Shown here piece by piece: positions 9,057 to 19,467 of a stretch of 64,000 bases of DNA. The translations under genes and the position numbers were made by a program. Each line of letters opens with the position of its first letter. Position 1 is the first letter of the stretch. The stretch lies in the IMG/VR virus record IMGVR_UViG_3300022935_000010, positions 1 to 64,000 of that record. One strand, given 5' to 3'. Source of the DNA: a virus. The notes beneath the pieces were generated by a model. That model saw only the letters and a list, made by a program, of their open reading frames with translations, was not told where the DNA came from and did no database searches.

Positions 9057-10234
9057 AAAATAGAGGCTTAAAAGTTTATGAGAGCTTAAAAAAAGCGGAC
9101 TTTGTAAGGTTTAGACACCCCTACACTTTTGAACTTACTTTTGATAATGGTGCTAATGTTGATTGCATAGGACCAAATAATGCTAAACCTTGTACAATAA
9201 AGTTCATGGATTTAAGTACTGGTACATATGGGTATACAGGTGAAATTTCTGCTGGACTTTTTACAAGGCTTTATAGAAAATGGTTTACTCCTTGGAGATT
9301 AGAGGCTTACGATAATGATGAATTAATCTACCAGAGAGATCTGGAAGACGTAATTAGTGAGGAAAAAGTTTGTATTAGTGTTGATAGCAACTCACTTGGT
9401 GACACTCTAGCTTGGATGCCCGTCATAGAAAAATTCAGAAGAAAATATGACTGTGACCTCTATGTTACTACATTTTGGAATGAGCTTCTTGCTAACTATT
9501 ATCCTTCCATAAGGTTTAGATCACCCGGGTCAAGAGAGATCAATACAAAAATTACATTTGGTGTGGGGTGGTATGACGAGAATGACCGCGATAGACATAG
9601 GAGGGATCCTAGAGCTATTTCGTTACAGCAGGTTGCTGGGGATATTTTAGGAATAGATGTTGAAGGTGACCTATTAAACGAAAGTGTACCACTAACAATA
9701 CAAAACACAAACTCAACTATTGACGGAAAGTATGTGTGTTTGGCTATGGATTCTACCGCTAATGCTAAACATTGGCACTATGAGGACGGCTGGCAGAAGA
9801 TTACCGATTATTTAAATTCAATAGGTTATAAGGTTGTTGTTGTACAAAAGCAGGGAACAAATTTAAATGGAGTGATTGACAAAACTGGAGATATTGATAT
9901 TTTACAAAGAGCCATTGACATTTATCACTCCGATTTCTTTATTGGAATAGGGTCTGGTCTAAGCTGGCTTGCTTGGTCACTACACAAGCCAGTTGTAATG
10001 ATATCTGGTTTTTCGGATCCCGCGTGTGAATTTTCTACTAAAAACTATAGAATCATAAACCGCGATGTCTGCCATGGTTGCTTTAGTGATACCTCAATAA
10101 AATTTGATAAGGGGGATTGGAATTGGTGTCCGAGGTTAAAGGATACCGAAAGGATGTTTGAATGTACAAAAACAATTACCCCAGAGGTTGTTCAAACCTA
10201 TATCGACGATCTGATACAAAATCACCTATCTTAA
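9053..10234 (+). CDS. TibC/Aah-like protein O-heptosyltransferase (BAHT family, GT-B)
   Basis: SLGDTLAWMP catalytic motif, FFIGIGSGLSWLAW, VVMISGFS and four-Cys iron finger VCHGC...WNWCPR...FECTK. Confidence 0.8.
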   Translation: MKNRGLKVYESLKKADFVRFRHPYTFELTFDNGANVDCIGPNNAKPCTIKFMDLSTGTYGYTGEISAGLFTRLYRKWFTPWRLEAYDNDELIYQRDLEDVISEEKVCISVDSNSLGDTLAWMPVIEKFRRKYDCDLYVTTFWNELLANYYPSIRFRSPGSREINTKITFGVGWYDENDRDRHRRDPRAISLQQVAGDILGIDVEGDLLNESVPLTIQNTNSTIDGKYVCLAMDSTANAKHWHYEDGWQKITDYLNSIGYKVVVVQKQGTNLNGVIDKTGDIDILQRAIDIYHSDFFIGIGSGLSWLAWSLHKPVVMISGFSDPACEFSTKNYRIINRDVCHGCFSDTSIKFDKGDWNWCPRLKDTERMFECTKTITPEVVQTYIDDLIQNHLS

Positions 10235-10251
10235 CCTCTTTTATTTCTACG

Positions 10252-10259
10252 GATATATA
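10252..10259 (+). promoter_or_regulatory. Putative late promoter GATATATA
   Basis: Octamer recurring upstream of structural genes (15 copies found). Confidence 0.75.
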
Positions 10260-10303
10260 AACATACAGACCGAGCTTTGTCTGTTAATAATATCTTGTAG
10301 ATA

Positions 10304-12859
10304 ATGGCTTTTTACCCAGAAAATAGATTTCCAAAAAAAGGTATCCCCGTTTATAACGGCAACGGCGATCAGAGGGATCTTTCGGATCCTAGATTTAGAT
10401 ACCAAGACAATTTGGAGAATACTACCAAGGTTTTTCACCAGAGTACAGATAACTATTTTGGAACCACTGGAGCTGCTATGGCACGTGCTGAGCAACTTGG
10501 TTGTAATGGTTATCACACAGCTCTTGCTGACGATGGGGTTTACTATTACTTACCATGTTCTGATGCTACCTGGTATGCTGAAAGAATACAGCAATTCGAA
10601 AGCTCATTAAATTTCACATACATAGGTAATTATAGGGTTCTCACTTGGGATAGCCCATTTAACTATGTACAAGCCTTCAATGGGTGGATAATAGAAACAG
10701 CAGGTGCTGTTTTGGGTGATCCTGTAAATCTTGGTGATCCAACAGCAGCTATTCCAAATGACATTGCAATTGATTTTAGATATTCTGTTGACGGGAAAAG
10801 TTGGTCCCTTTGGGCTAATGTTGGAACTGCATTAACTGGATTTTCTCAGGGTTATACCTCCAACAACGATTCGACAATCTTCTCAATTCCGCTTGATCCT
10901 TCAAAATCATTTTACCCGGAATTTAGATTTACTTCCGTTGTAGTAAATACGGACGGAACACTGGCTTATGAGACAGATGAACCTATAGATCCTTCAATAG
11001 TAATCCTTGATTTCGATCTTGATCTTACCTATGCTACTGGACCTAGTGGACCTTCTGGTTCAATAGATAACTTGGTTATTAATAGACCTGTACCAAATTG
11101 CTCTAATGAGAAGTCAAACAGACCAGTTGTTTTTGATGATTGCAACTACACTTTTAATCCCTATGCAATAAACAAGGCTGTTAACCTGTATAAGGATTTA
11201 AGCTTGGTTGTAAACAAGGTATTTGGGTTTGAGACAAATTATTATTCAGTGCAACCACAAGCTAGAGGTAAAGACGTAGTGTTGAAGGAGTATACTTTAT
11301 TTGATGTTGTAGATGAACAATGTGTGAAGGTAATGGTTCCTTCAAATCAATTTCCAGATAACCGAACAAATTATGATCCCTTCGGAATCCAGTTTGACGA
11401 ACCGTTCGAGATTCATATAGATAAGACCTATTTCGAAAACATTTTTGGAAGAGGCTCACAACCAAGGAAGAGAGATATTATTTACTTCCCTTTAACCAAT
11501 AGGATCTATGAAATAAATTCTACCTACTTGTTCAGGGATTTCATGTATTCTCCGGTTTACTACAAAATAGAGCTTAAAAAATATAGTCCTAAGTCTAATA
11601 CGTATTTCAAAGACCCTGCTTACAAAGAGGAATTAGATGGAATTGCACTTACTACAGAAAAGCTATTTGGTGCAGAGGTTGAAGCTGAAGAGCAAAAAAT
11701 AGCTAAGCCAGAGCAATACTCCGATAGTACGCAAAGAAGACAAGAGGACCCAACCAGGTCTTATATCTATAAGAATCTTCCTATAGTTGGGTATGATCTC
11801 AATAACAACTGGACAATAGTGTTTAACAACTACTACGATATGTCGGATGCTTTTGTTTCTGATTCAGAATTCGTATATCAGCCTAACAAGTATCGAGAAG
11901 CACTTAGGTATAAAAACAGACCTCTATTGGAGAGCGATGGTGAGGTATCCTACACCTGTTGGTTTAGTTTGAAGAACTATATTAATGAGGATAGCTTGGC
12001 TAAAAAACCATACTCTCCAGCACCAATCACAAAAGTCTCAGAGGATGCTAACCAAATTTTATACAGCTCTCACCCATATAAACACAATTTAACCCCATTT
12101 AGGCAATTTTCGGATAACCCGGAAGGGTATGTTGCAATTAGTACTGATGCTAACCATTCGGGAGGATTCAAGGTTCTAACTACTCCTGATGAGTTTAAAT
12201 TTTCTGTTGCAAATCCAAATCTTCCTTATGCTAAGAATACTGCAAATTGGAAAATGCAAAAGGCACAAGCAAGGAATCTAATTGATGGAACCTATATCGA
12301 TGGCTCTGGTTTGTTAAAAGGCATGAGGATAGACTTAGTGCATTCTGGTACCAACGATGCTGCAAATAATAATTATGTACAGCAAGGAAGCATTGAGATT
12401 ATCTTAAACGATCTTACGTATGATTCCAGATTGCAATTTACTCCAGAGCAGGGAGAGTGGTATGGATTGGTTGTTAATATAAGTAACAAGTATAAGCAGA
12501 TGGGAATTAACATCTGGAAAATGTCGTATGATCCAACAAATCCAGGTGCACAACAATCATCAGATTTAGTTAAAGTGCACGAAGATTATAGGACGTTAAC
12601 CAAATCTTACATTTTTGATGCTCCCTCTGATATTGAGACAAACGTAAACAACCCATTCTATGGGACGGATAATAACGCTTACAAGATTTACACATCCCCG
12701 CTCCTTTTATCGAATGTAAGACTGTTTAAGAACATGATAGATATTGATAAACAATCAATTGTCCTTAACCAGAACACTGTAAGGGATGAACAACTAGCAT
12801 ATATTATAGATAACGCTAAACCACAATTGATCCTACCTAAATTCGCAAGAAATAGGTAA
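10304..12859 (+). CDS. Neck protein (T4 gp14-like core) with N- and C-terminal extra domains
   Basis: FGIQFDEPFEIHIDKTYFE...PRKRDIIYFPLTNRIYEI resembles gp14; position upstream of terminase genes. Confidence 0.6.
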   Translation: MAFYPENRFPKKGIPVYNGNGDQRDLSDPRFRYQDNLENTTKVFHQSTDNYFGTTGAAMARAEQLGCNGYHTALADDGVYYYLPCSDATWYAERIQQFESSLNFTYIGNYRVLTWDSPFNYVQAFNGWIIETAGAVLGDPVNLGDPTAAIPNDIAIDFRYSVDGKSWSLWANVGTALTGFSQGYTSNNDSTIFSIPLDPSKSFYPEFRFTSVVVNTDGTLAYETDEPIDPSIVILDFDLDLTYATGPSGPSGSIDNLVINRPVPNCSNEKSNRPVVFDDCNYTFNPYAINKAVNLYKDLSLVVNKVFGFETNYYSVQPQARGKDVVLKEYTLFDVVDEQCVKVMVPSNQFPDNRTNYDPFGIQFDEPFEIHIDKTYFENIFGRGSQPRKRDIIYFPLTNRIYEINSTYLFRDFMYSPVYYKIELKKYSPKSNTYFKDPAYKEELDGIALTTEKLFGAEVEAEEQKIAKPEQYSDSTQRRQEDPTRSYIYKNLPIVGYDLNNNWTIVFNNYYDMSDAFVSDSEFVYQPNKYREALRYKNRPLLESDGEVSYTCWFSLKNYINEDSLAKKPYSPAPITKVSEDANQILYSSHPYKHNLTPFRQFSDNPEGYVAISTDANHSGGFKVLTTPDEFKFSVANPNLPYAKNTANWKMQKAQARNLIDGTYIDGSGLLKGMRIDLVHSGTNDAANNNYVQQGSIEIILNDLTYDSRLQFTPEQGEWYGLVVNISNKYKQMGINIWKMSYDPTNPGAQQSSDLVKVHEDYRTLTKSYIFDAPSDIETNVNNPFYGTDNNAYKIYTSPLLLSNVRLFKNMIDIDKQSIVLNQNTVRDEQLAYIIDNAKPQLILPKFARNR

Positions 12860-12873
12860 TTAACAGAATTGAT

Positions 12874-13647
12874 ATGCCAAGAAGAAAACCGAAACCAGAA
12901 AGGGTAGTCGAAGAAAAGATAAAAGAAAGTCTTGATTCTATACTGCAAGATGAAAATCTTGATTTTGATGCAGTAACAGCAGATGAGCTTCCTAGGCTAA
13001 AAACCACGGAACTTATGAACTTTAGTGAGGCTACTCAAACTACGGGTACTGATGCTAAGGGAGTTCTTGATTCCATAGTTAAGTTTTATCTTGATGAGAA
13101 CCTCATAGACCAAACCGATTACATCGAATACAAGAAGAAGATTGATTCGATGAACATCGCCTCTATGATGCTTCAACTTAAAACTGCACAGCACGCTATA
13201 ACCAAGCTACTTGAAGAAATAGATCTTGGAAACGCCAATCCAAGAATGTTTGAGGTTCTTGCACAATTGCAATCTCAAATTATGCAAATGCCTAAAGACT
13301 ACCAAACATATGTGCAAAAGATGGAGGATGGTTACAAATCAATAGCTACCCAATTGGAGGAAAAAAGCAATTCAGGATCATTTCAACTTGAACCTGGAGA
13401 AGACGGAAAGAATGTCTATAACCCATCCACTAACGAATCTGGGGGAATTAAGGTTAGAGGAACTAAGGGATTAATGGAGGGTTTAAGGGATATTATAGGG
13501 GCTGAAATTGAGGATGTAAGGGTTGAGGATGTTGACGATAACGCAGTAGTAAATGCTAAAAAGAAAGCAGAAATCGATGCAAGCAGAAACATCTCTTTGG
13601 ATGAAGAAGATACTGGCTTGGAGGTAGAAGATGATTTATTTGATTAA
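12874..13647 (+). CDS. Probable terminase small subunit (gp16-like)
   Basis: NPRMFEVLAQL motif, helical, immediately upstream of large terminase. Confidence 0.55.
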   Translation: MPRRKPKPERVVEEKIKESLDSILQDENLDFDAVTADELPRLKTTELMNFSEATQTTGTDAKGVLDSIVKFYLDENLIDQTDYIEYKKKIDSMNIASMMLQLKTAQHAITKLLEEIDLGNANPRMFEVLAQLQSQIMQMPKDYQTYVQKMEDGYKSIATQLEEKSNSGSFQLEPGEDGKNVYNPSTNESGGIKVRGTKGLMEGLRDIIGAEIEDVRVEDVDDNAVVNAKKKAEIDASRNISLDEEDTGLEVEDDLFD

Positions 13648-13649
13648 CA

Positions 13650-15446
13650 ATGGCCGAAAAAGAAGAGAAAGATTCCAATTACTGGAGTACCAAAAGAATA
13701 GAGGAACTTCTATTTAGGGTTGAAGAGGAGGGGCTTGATTACAAGTCTGTTGATAACCCCTTTCATGATGGTGACCCAGAGCTTAAGATGTCAAATCTTT
13801 TGTATGAGTATACACAAGACGAGATTTTAGAGATGGAAAGATGCGCAAAAGATGTTGTTTATTTTTCTAAGTACTGTAGGGTCATGACTGATGACGGTCT
13901 TTTTTATGTAAAACTTCGTGACTACCAAGAATCAGTTCTCCGTGAGTATCAAGCTAATAGATTTAATATATTTTTAGCACCTAGACAGGTTGGAAAATCA
14001 ATTACTTCAGCTATTGTCCTTGTTTGGTATCTTCTTTTCAATCACGATAAAAATGCAATGATCTTAGCAAACGTTGGTTCTACTGCAGAAGAACTGATGG
14101 ATAAGATCAAAGCAATAGTAAGAGGTCTGCCGTGGTTCTTAAAACCTGGTATGGTAGTAAACAATGTGATGTCTATGAAGTTTGATAACGGGTGTAGAGC
14201 AATTGCAAAAACTACTACAAAAACATCCGCAATTGGTTTTACAATTCACTTTCTTTATATGGACGAATTTGCTCATATCCACCCAAATTTTATAGAATCG
14301 TTTTTTAGATCAACATATCCTACAGTATCTTCTTCTAAGGTTTCTAGAATTATTATTACATCAACCCCAAATGGAATGAATAAATTCTATGAAATTTATA
14401 AAGGTGCTGTTGATGGTGAAAATAGCTTTAATCCTATAAGGGTTGATTGGTGGCAAGTTCCCGGAAGGGACGAAGAATGGAAAAAACAAGAAATCGCTAA
14501 CCTAGGTTCTCAAGAATTGTTTAATCAGGAATACGGCAACCAGTTTTTAAGTTCCTCTACATTGCTTCTAGGATCTAACGAGCTTAAAAAAATTAAAGCA
14601 AACGAGGTTGAATATGAATGGAGGGACATTGATGTTCTAGAGGATGTTGGACTTCCGTATGACAATTTTAGATGGCATCCAAAATTCAGTTTGAATACTG
14701 ATACTCTTTTCAATAATAGATTTGTTATTTCGATTGACTTAGCTGGTGGCGGAAAGGGGGATTTTACAGTTCTTAATATTTTTAAGGTGGTACCTCTGCC
14801 AAAAAAAGTAATAGAGGCCATGGATGATTTCCAAGATGAGTCTGACTTTTTCGGGCTTCTACAGGTTGGCATTTATAGGGATAATGAAATTGAGGTTGAG
14901 GATTTTAAAAAAATCCTCGAAGCCTTGGTTGTTAAGTTCTTCAATCCAGAAAATGTAAGGGTACTTTTAGAGATTAACTTTAAAGGTGAATTGCTTATAG
15001 ACAAGCTCATTTTAAATGACGACTTTCCTCTCGAAATCTTTGTACACACAAAGCACACAGAATCTGCTAGGACGAGAAAGCCTGGTATAAAGTACAACGA
15101 GAAAAACAAGATGAAATACTGTGAGATTCTTAGATCTCAGATGAGGATGAATAGGGTAATAATAAACGAATCTACTTGGACTGTACCTGAGTTATTCTCT
15201 TTCGGTCTTAACACTAGGGGAACTTATTCAAGTCAATCTGGACACGATGATGTAGCAATGACGATTGTAAATCTTTCTGGGATGTTTGAATCATCCGATT
15301 TTTATGATCTTGTTGGTGAATTGTATGATGAGCTTGGTGAATCTACCTACCGGGATCTTATAGATCTAAAGATGGAAGAAAATAGTGAGGATGGAGCATC
15401 AACCAAAGAGGGAGGGTTCTATAGCTCTTTCAGTCAGTTGCTCTAA
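13650..15446 (+). CDS. Terminase large subunit (T4 gp17-like)
   Basis: LRDYQ, PRQVGKS Walker A, LYMDEFA Walker B, ITSTPNG, IDLAGG nuclease, GHDD. Confidence 0.95.
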   Translation: MAEKEEKDSNYWSTKRIEELLFRVEEEGLDYKSVDNPFHDGDPELKMSNLLYEYTQDEILEMERCAKDVVYFSKYCRVMTDDGLFYVKLRDYQESVLREYQANRFNIFLAPRQVGKSITSAIVLVWYLLFNHDKNAMILANVGSTAEELMDKIKAIVRGLPWFLKPGMVVNNVMSMKFDNGCRAIAKTTTKTSAIGFTIHFLYMDEFAHIHPNFIESFFRSTYPTVSSSKVSRIIITSTPNGMNKFYEIYKGAVDGENSFNPIRVDWWQVPGRDEEWKKQEIANLGSQELFNQEYGNQFLSSSTLLLGSNELKKIKANEVEYEWRDIDVLEDVGLPYDNFRWHPKFSLNTDTLFNNRFVISIDLAGGGKGDFTVLNIFKVVPLPKKVIEAMDDFQDESDFFGLLQVGIYRDNEIEVEDFKKILEALVVKFFNPENVRVLLEINFKGELLIDKLILNDDFPLEIFVHTKHTESARTRKPGIKYNEKNKMKYCEILRSQMRMNRVIINESTWTVPELFSFGLNTRGTYSSQSGHDDVAMTIVNLSGMFESSDFYDLVGELYDELGESTYRDLIDLKMEENSEDGASTKEGGFYSSFSQLL

Positions 15447-15462
15447 ATAATTTGCTTTTTCC

Positions 15463-15522
15463 GATATATACAATTACTAACCGAGTAGCATACAAAAATG
15501 CTGGTTTTGGTTTAGATATATA
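15463..15522 (+). promoter_or_regulatory. Two tandem putative late promoters GATATATA (15463, 15515)
   Basis: Exact octamers upstream of the sheath gene. Confidence 0.75.
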
Positions 15523-15549
15523 GTAGGCAAAAATATCTCTTGTACAATA

Positions 15550-18500
15550 ATGGCAAAGAAAATCAAACTGGATTTATCCCAATTTAAAGCATCAGGAGTC
15601 TATACGCTTGAGTTTGACGCTTCAGAAAACGTCATTCTTACGTCTCAGACTATAAGATTGGTGGTGGGATTTTCGAATAAAGGACCTTTTAATGCTCCCG
15701 TGTATTTACCGGATGTAACTACAGCGGTAGCAATTTTTGGTGATATAGATAAGACTTTAGAGGCTAAAGGATCTTACTTCCACCGCTCAATATTTGCGTG
15801 TTTAAATACTGGCCCAGTATTTGCTCTGAATTTGTTGAATTTGAATAATGATATAGATAGCCCTACAGCTGATGTGGTTAACTATTTTGGTTATTCGATT
15901 GATACTGAGCAATCTAACGGGGTTCTTACTTCCAGGCTATATTCCTCCTTCTATAATAAGGAGAGATTTTGGTTTGCTGATACCGATTACTTCTTAGCTA
16001 CACTTTCTGCTGTAGATACTGGTAGACTTTTTAACCTTGTTAACCTTGGTAAGGAAGCAATAAGTGTCATTGTTAGGAAATCAACTGATGCGGTTCAACC
16101 TTTACAAGGATATGATGTTTTTGCCTTAGATTGGTATGGAGCGGACAACGTTCCTAGCTTCATGCACCCATATGATTACATTTCGGATTACTTTATAGAT
16201 GTTATCTCAGTATCTGGAGATTGGACTGATTACGAGACACTATCTTTAGACCCTAAATGGAGTTCATACTTTACAAGAAATGGATTTATAAAAAGCCAGA
16301 TCAACAATTTCTTATCACAACCTGATGTGAATATTGTTACTTCAACCACAGGATGTTTAATCCCAGATTTTGTTGACCTGAATGGTAATAACCAATACAT
16401 CCAAACGCTTATTAACAATAATACTCCTTCTACCGGTTTATTCTGTGCTGTTGATGAGGATGCAATGGATGATATCTGTACTAATCCTTATAAGATTGAC
16501 CTTGTAGGACACCACTTAATTGACGAGCTTACGGCAGATAGGGACATTGTTGATGCAAGACTTAATTTCTTAAGCTATGATCAGAATCTTACTGCTGATT
16601 ACCTATACTCACAAAATGTTACGACAATAACCGATGCAGCTACTGGTGCTAGTGGATCATCACCGGATTCTATAAATGTTGGTACACTACTAACTATTGG
16701 AGCTACCTCTACATATGGTGTAGGAGCAACAGCTTTCGATGGTTATGATCCTTCCCTTAAGTATGGAGGTTTACATTATGTAGTAACTAACAGCGGAGTT
16801 ACCGGTGCTTCCCTTACTACAGCAGAGAAAAACGAATTGGTATCTTTTGCAACTCCAAGCGCTACCTCTTCGCCTTACATTATGGGTAGAGTTACTGGTT
16901 TATCTGGGTTAACTGGTTCAGTTATAAACCAATTCTCCGAAAATGACCTAGTAAAACTAAGAGTGTCTGGTGTTATTCAAACGGGTGGAGAAGTGCTCCT
17001 AACATGGACACACCCACTTGATACTGCATCATACTCTGCTCAAGGTGTCTCAGTTACTCCATATAGCAATATGGTGGGAGCTACATCTGGAAACATTTCT
17101 GCTGACTATTATCAATTTGCATCTTCTGATTATTTAGATATTACATCAGTTAGTTCAGTAACCGGTGGAACAGCTAGTAACGCCTTAACTGGACAATTGT
17201 CTACAGCATTCTACCAGGACTTGCTTTACGGTGAACTTGAGGATGGAGACCAGATTTGGTTAAATGAAACTGGAAGTTCCATTAATTATATTTCATACGA
17301 AAGCACAATTGATAGAGACCAATTTGCTGTAGCATATGCTAGGCAGTTTGATAACGTTGCTAGACAAAATCCAGACAATTTGGTAGATTATACTGCATTC
17401 TCCACGGGTTTACCTGGCAGCAAACCTTTTGCTTCTGACAATATTGGTCTTCCAGTAGCTGCGGGTAAGACGGATATAGTTTCATCTGTAGGCTCTATTA
17501 ACCAGTTTATCGATGTGATAACACAAATAGATCCGACTAATTTCACTATATCTTCTTCACCATCATCCCCAATATCTGTTGGTGATCTTATAGTATCTAC
17601 TGACCAGGATATTTGTGAAACCGTTGGTAGTAATAGACAATATAGGTTAACGAGAGTTACCTCGGTTGCTCAAACAACAACACCAAACGTTGTGCAAGTA
17701 ACAACTGCAAGGCCTCTTTATTACTATGCGGGGAGTCCGATTCAAGTTCAGAAGTTTAAGTCAATACCTCAGTTTACTAGGTCTTTCGACTTCACATACC
17801 TGAATGGGTTTACAATGAGGGATTCCCACAGGCCAAATGGTACTGATGCTAGAGTATCTGAACTACTGGATGTAATGTACAACACAAACATTGCAGCGAC
17901 ACTTGCTGCTAAGGATGTGATCTCGTTCAGATACATCGTAGATACCTTCAGTGGTCAGATTTTGCCTAACTCTAAATATCAGCTTAGTAAGTTGGCAATG
18001 ATGAGACAGAAGGCTCTTGCTTTAATTAACGCTCCTTCGATGGAGCAGTTTAGGGAGTCAACAGACCCTAGGTTTACTGATGCACCAACACAAACTAACC
18101 CGTATCCTTCACTGAAGGCACAATATATTTCGGAAGGTGGTAACTTATCTCTTAATCCTTCTTACACTTTCAGTTTACCTACTGAAGATCAAGGAGCCAA
18201 ATACGCTGCTTTCTATACGCCATACTTAACGGTAAGGGAAAATAATAGAAATGTAAACGTTCCTCCTGCAGCTTATATCTCCAACAACTTTGTTAGAAAA
18301 TTTGCTAATGGCGAACCTTACAGCATTATAGCAGGTCAGAAGAGAGGGGTAATCTCAGGACAAAACCTTGTCGGACTCGAATATGATTTCACTGACGAAG
18401 ATAGAGGATGGTTGGAGCCAGTAGGTCTTAACCCTATAATTAAGAAGAGAGGCCTTGGTGTAGTTGTCTTTGGTAACCAAACAGCTTATCAAACTGTTAA

Positions 18501-18846
18501 TTCGGCATTTAATTTAGTACACGTGAGGGACCTTCTCATCAGTGTTGAGAATGACGTTGAAGAGATCATGGCTAACTACCTATTTGATTTCAATGAAGAT
18601 TCTATAAGACTAGAGATCAAAACCCTTGTAGATAACTACTTAGATGGAGTTAGAGCTGGTGGTGGTATTTATGCTTACCAAGTAATCATGGATTCTTCTA
18701 ACAACCCTCCTTCTATTATCGATCAGAACATCGGTATTATTGATGTAATTATCGAACCTGCTAGAGGTATTCAGAAGTTCATAAACAGAATTACTGTTAC
18801 AAGAACTGGTGGTATCGCTGCTGGAGGATTTATCCAATTCGCTTAA
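15550..18846 (+). CDS. Tail sheath protein (gp18-like) with large insertion domains
   Basis: SGVYTLEFD, GFSNKGPFNAPV, LNPIIK..G..VFGNQT, VHVRDLL, FDFNE, DSSNN motifs. Confidence 0.92.
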   Translation: MAKKIKLDLSQFKASGVYTLEFDASENVILTSQTIRLVVGFSNKGPFNAPVYLPDVTTAVAIFGDIDKTLEAKGSYFHRSIFACLNTGPVFALNLLNLNNDIDSPTADVVNYFGYSIDTEQSNGVLTSRLYSSFYNKERFWFADTDYFLATLSAVDTGRLFNLVNLGKEAISVIVRKSTDAVQPLQGYDVFALDWYGADNVPSFMHPYDYISDYFIDVISVSGDWTDYETLSLDPKWSSYFTRNGFIKSQINNFLSQPDVNIVTSTTGCLIPDFVDLNGNNQYIQTLINNNTPSTGLFCAVDEDAMDDICTNPYKIDLVGHHLIDELTADRDIVDARLNFLSYDQNLTADYLYSQNVTTITDAATGASGSSPDSINVGTLLTIGATSTYGVGATAFDGYDPSLKYGGLHYVVTNSGVTGASLTTAEKNELVSFATPSATSSPYIMGRVTGLSGLTGSVINQFSENDLVKLRVSGVIQTGGEVLLTWTHPLDTASYSAQGVSVTPYSNMVGATSGNISADYYQFASSDYLDITSVSSVTGGTASNALTGQLSTAFYQDLLYGELEDGDQIWLNETGSSINYISYESTIDRDQFAVAYARQFDNVARQNPDNLVDYTAFSTGLPGSKPFASDNIGLPVAAGKTDIVSSVGSINQFIDVITQIDPTNFTISSSPSSPISVGDLIVSTDQDICETVGSNRQYRLTRVTSVAQTTTPNVVQVTTARPLYYYAGSPIQVQKFKSIPQFTRSFDFTYLNGFTMRDSHRPNGTDARVSELLDVMYNTNIAATLAAKDVISFRYIVDTFSGQILPNSKYQLSKLAMMRQKALALINAPSMEQFRESTDPRFTDAPTQTNPYPSLKAQYISEGGNLSLNPSYTFSLPTEDQGAKYAAFYTPYLTVRENNRNVNVPPAAYISNNFVRKFANGEPYSIIAGQKRGVISGQNLVGLEYDFTDEDRGWLEPVGLNPIIKKRGLGVVVFGNQTAYQTVNSAFNLVHVRDLLISVENDVEEIMANYLFDFNEDSIRLEIKTLVDNYLDGVRAGGGIYAYQVIMDSSNNPPSIIDQNIGIIDVIIEPARGIQKFINRITVTRTGGIAAGGFIQFA

Positions 18847-18895
18847 TTTCAAAAAATTGAAAATTCGGATAAATATAAAAAAAGGACAAGACTAA

Positions 18896-19450
18896 ATGGC
18901 TGGTTTACCACATTACCAAAATTCCATAAACTCGGTTAATAAATTTGAGCCGGTTTACCTTAACCAATTTGAGGTAAATGTTATACCACCTGCGGCTGTT
19001 TCTGGAGGTCCAGTGCTACTAGAACAAGTTGTTTCTGTAAGTGGTTTGGATGTGGATAAAAACCCTAGCTTTGTATCTCAGAAATATAAGTTTGCAAAGA
19101 GGAACTATGCTGGAGGTAAACCAGATACAACAACTCTGGATCTTGGTTTAAAGTTTACTGTCAACCTTGACGATGCTAATTCAATGTACGTCTTTAAGAC
19201 GATGAGACAGTGGACTGATTTAATTTACAATCCATTGACAGGGGCGCAAGGAATTAAAGCAGATTATACTGGGACAATCGTTGTGTCTGTCTTCAATAAA
19301 AATGGTGATGTATTTAGGAGAATTACTCTTAAGGATTGCTTCCCACTAAAAGCAATTGATCCTATGGAGCTAGAATACGTAAATGGTACTACGCTCTATG
19401 AGATTAATATGACTTGGGCAGTTGATTACTGGGACGATTTATTCCTATAA
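18896..19450 (+). CDS. Tail tube protein 1 (gp19-like)
   Basis: Follows sheath; NQFEV, RQWTDLIYNP, LKDCFP, WAVDYW. Confidence 0.85.
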   Translation: MAGLPHYQNSINSVNKFEPVYLNQFEVNVIPPAAVSGGPVLLEQVVSVSGLDVDKNPSFVSQKYKFAKRNYAGGKPDTTTLDLGLKFTVNLDDANSMYVFKTMRQWTDLIYNPLTGAQGIKADYTGTIVVSVFNKNGDVFRRITLKDCFPLKAIDPMELEYVNGTTLYEINMTWAVDYWDDLFL

Positions 19451-19467
19451 AATATAACAAAGCATAA

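Noticed and set aside
13650-15446. Intein or intron in terminase (also checked ligase, capsid)
   Set aside because: Lengths are normal and no intein or homing endonuclease motifs were seen
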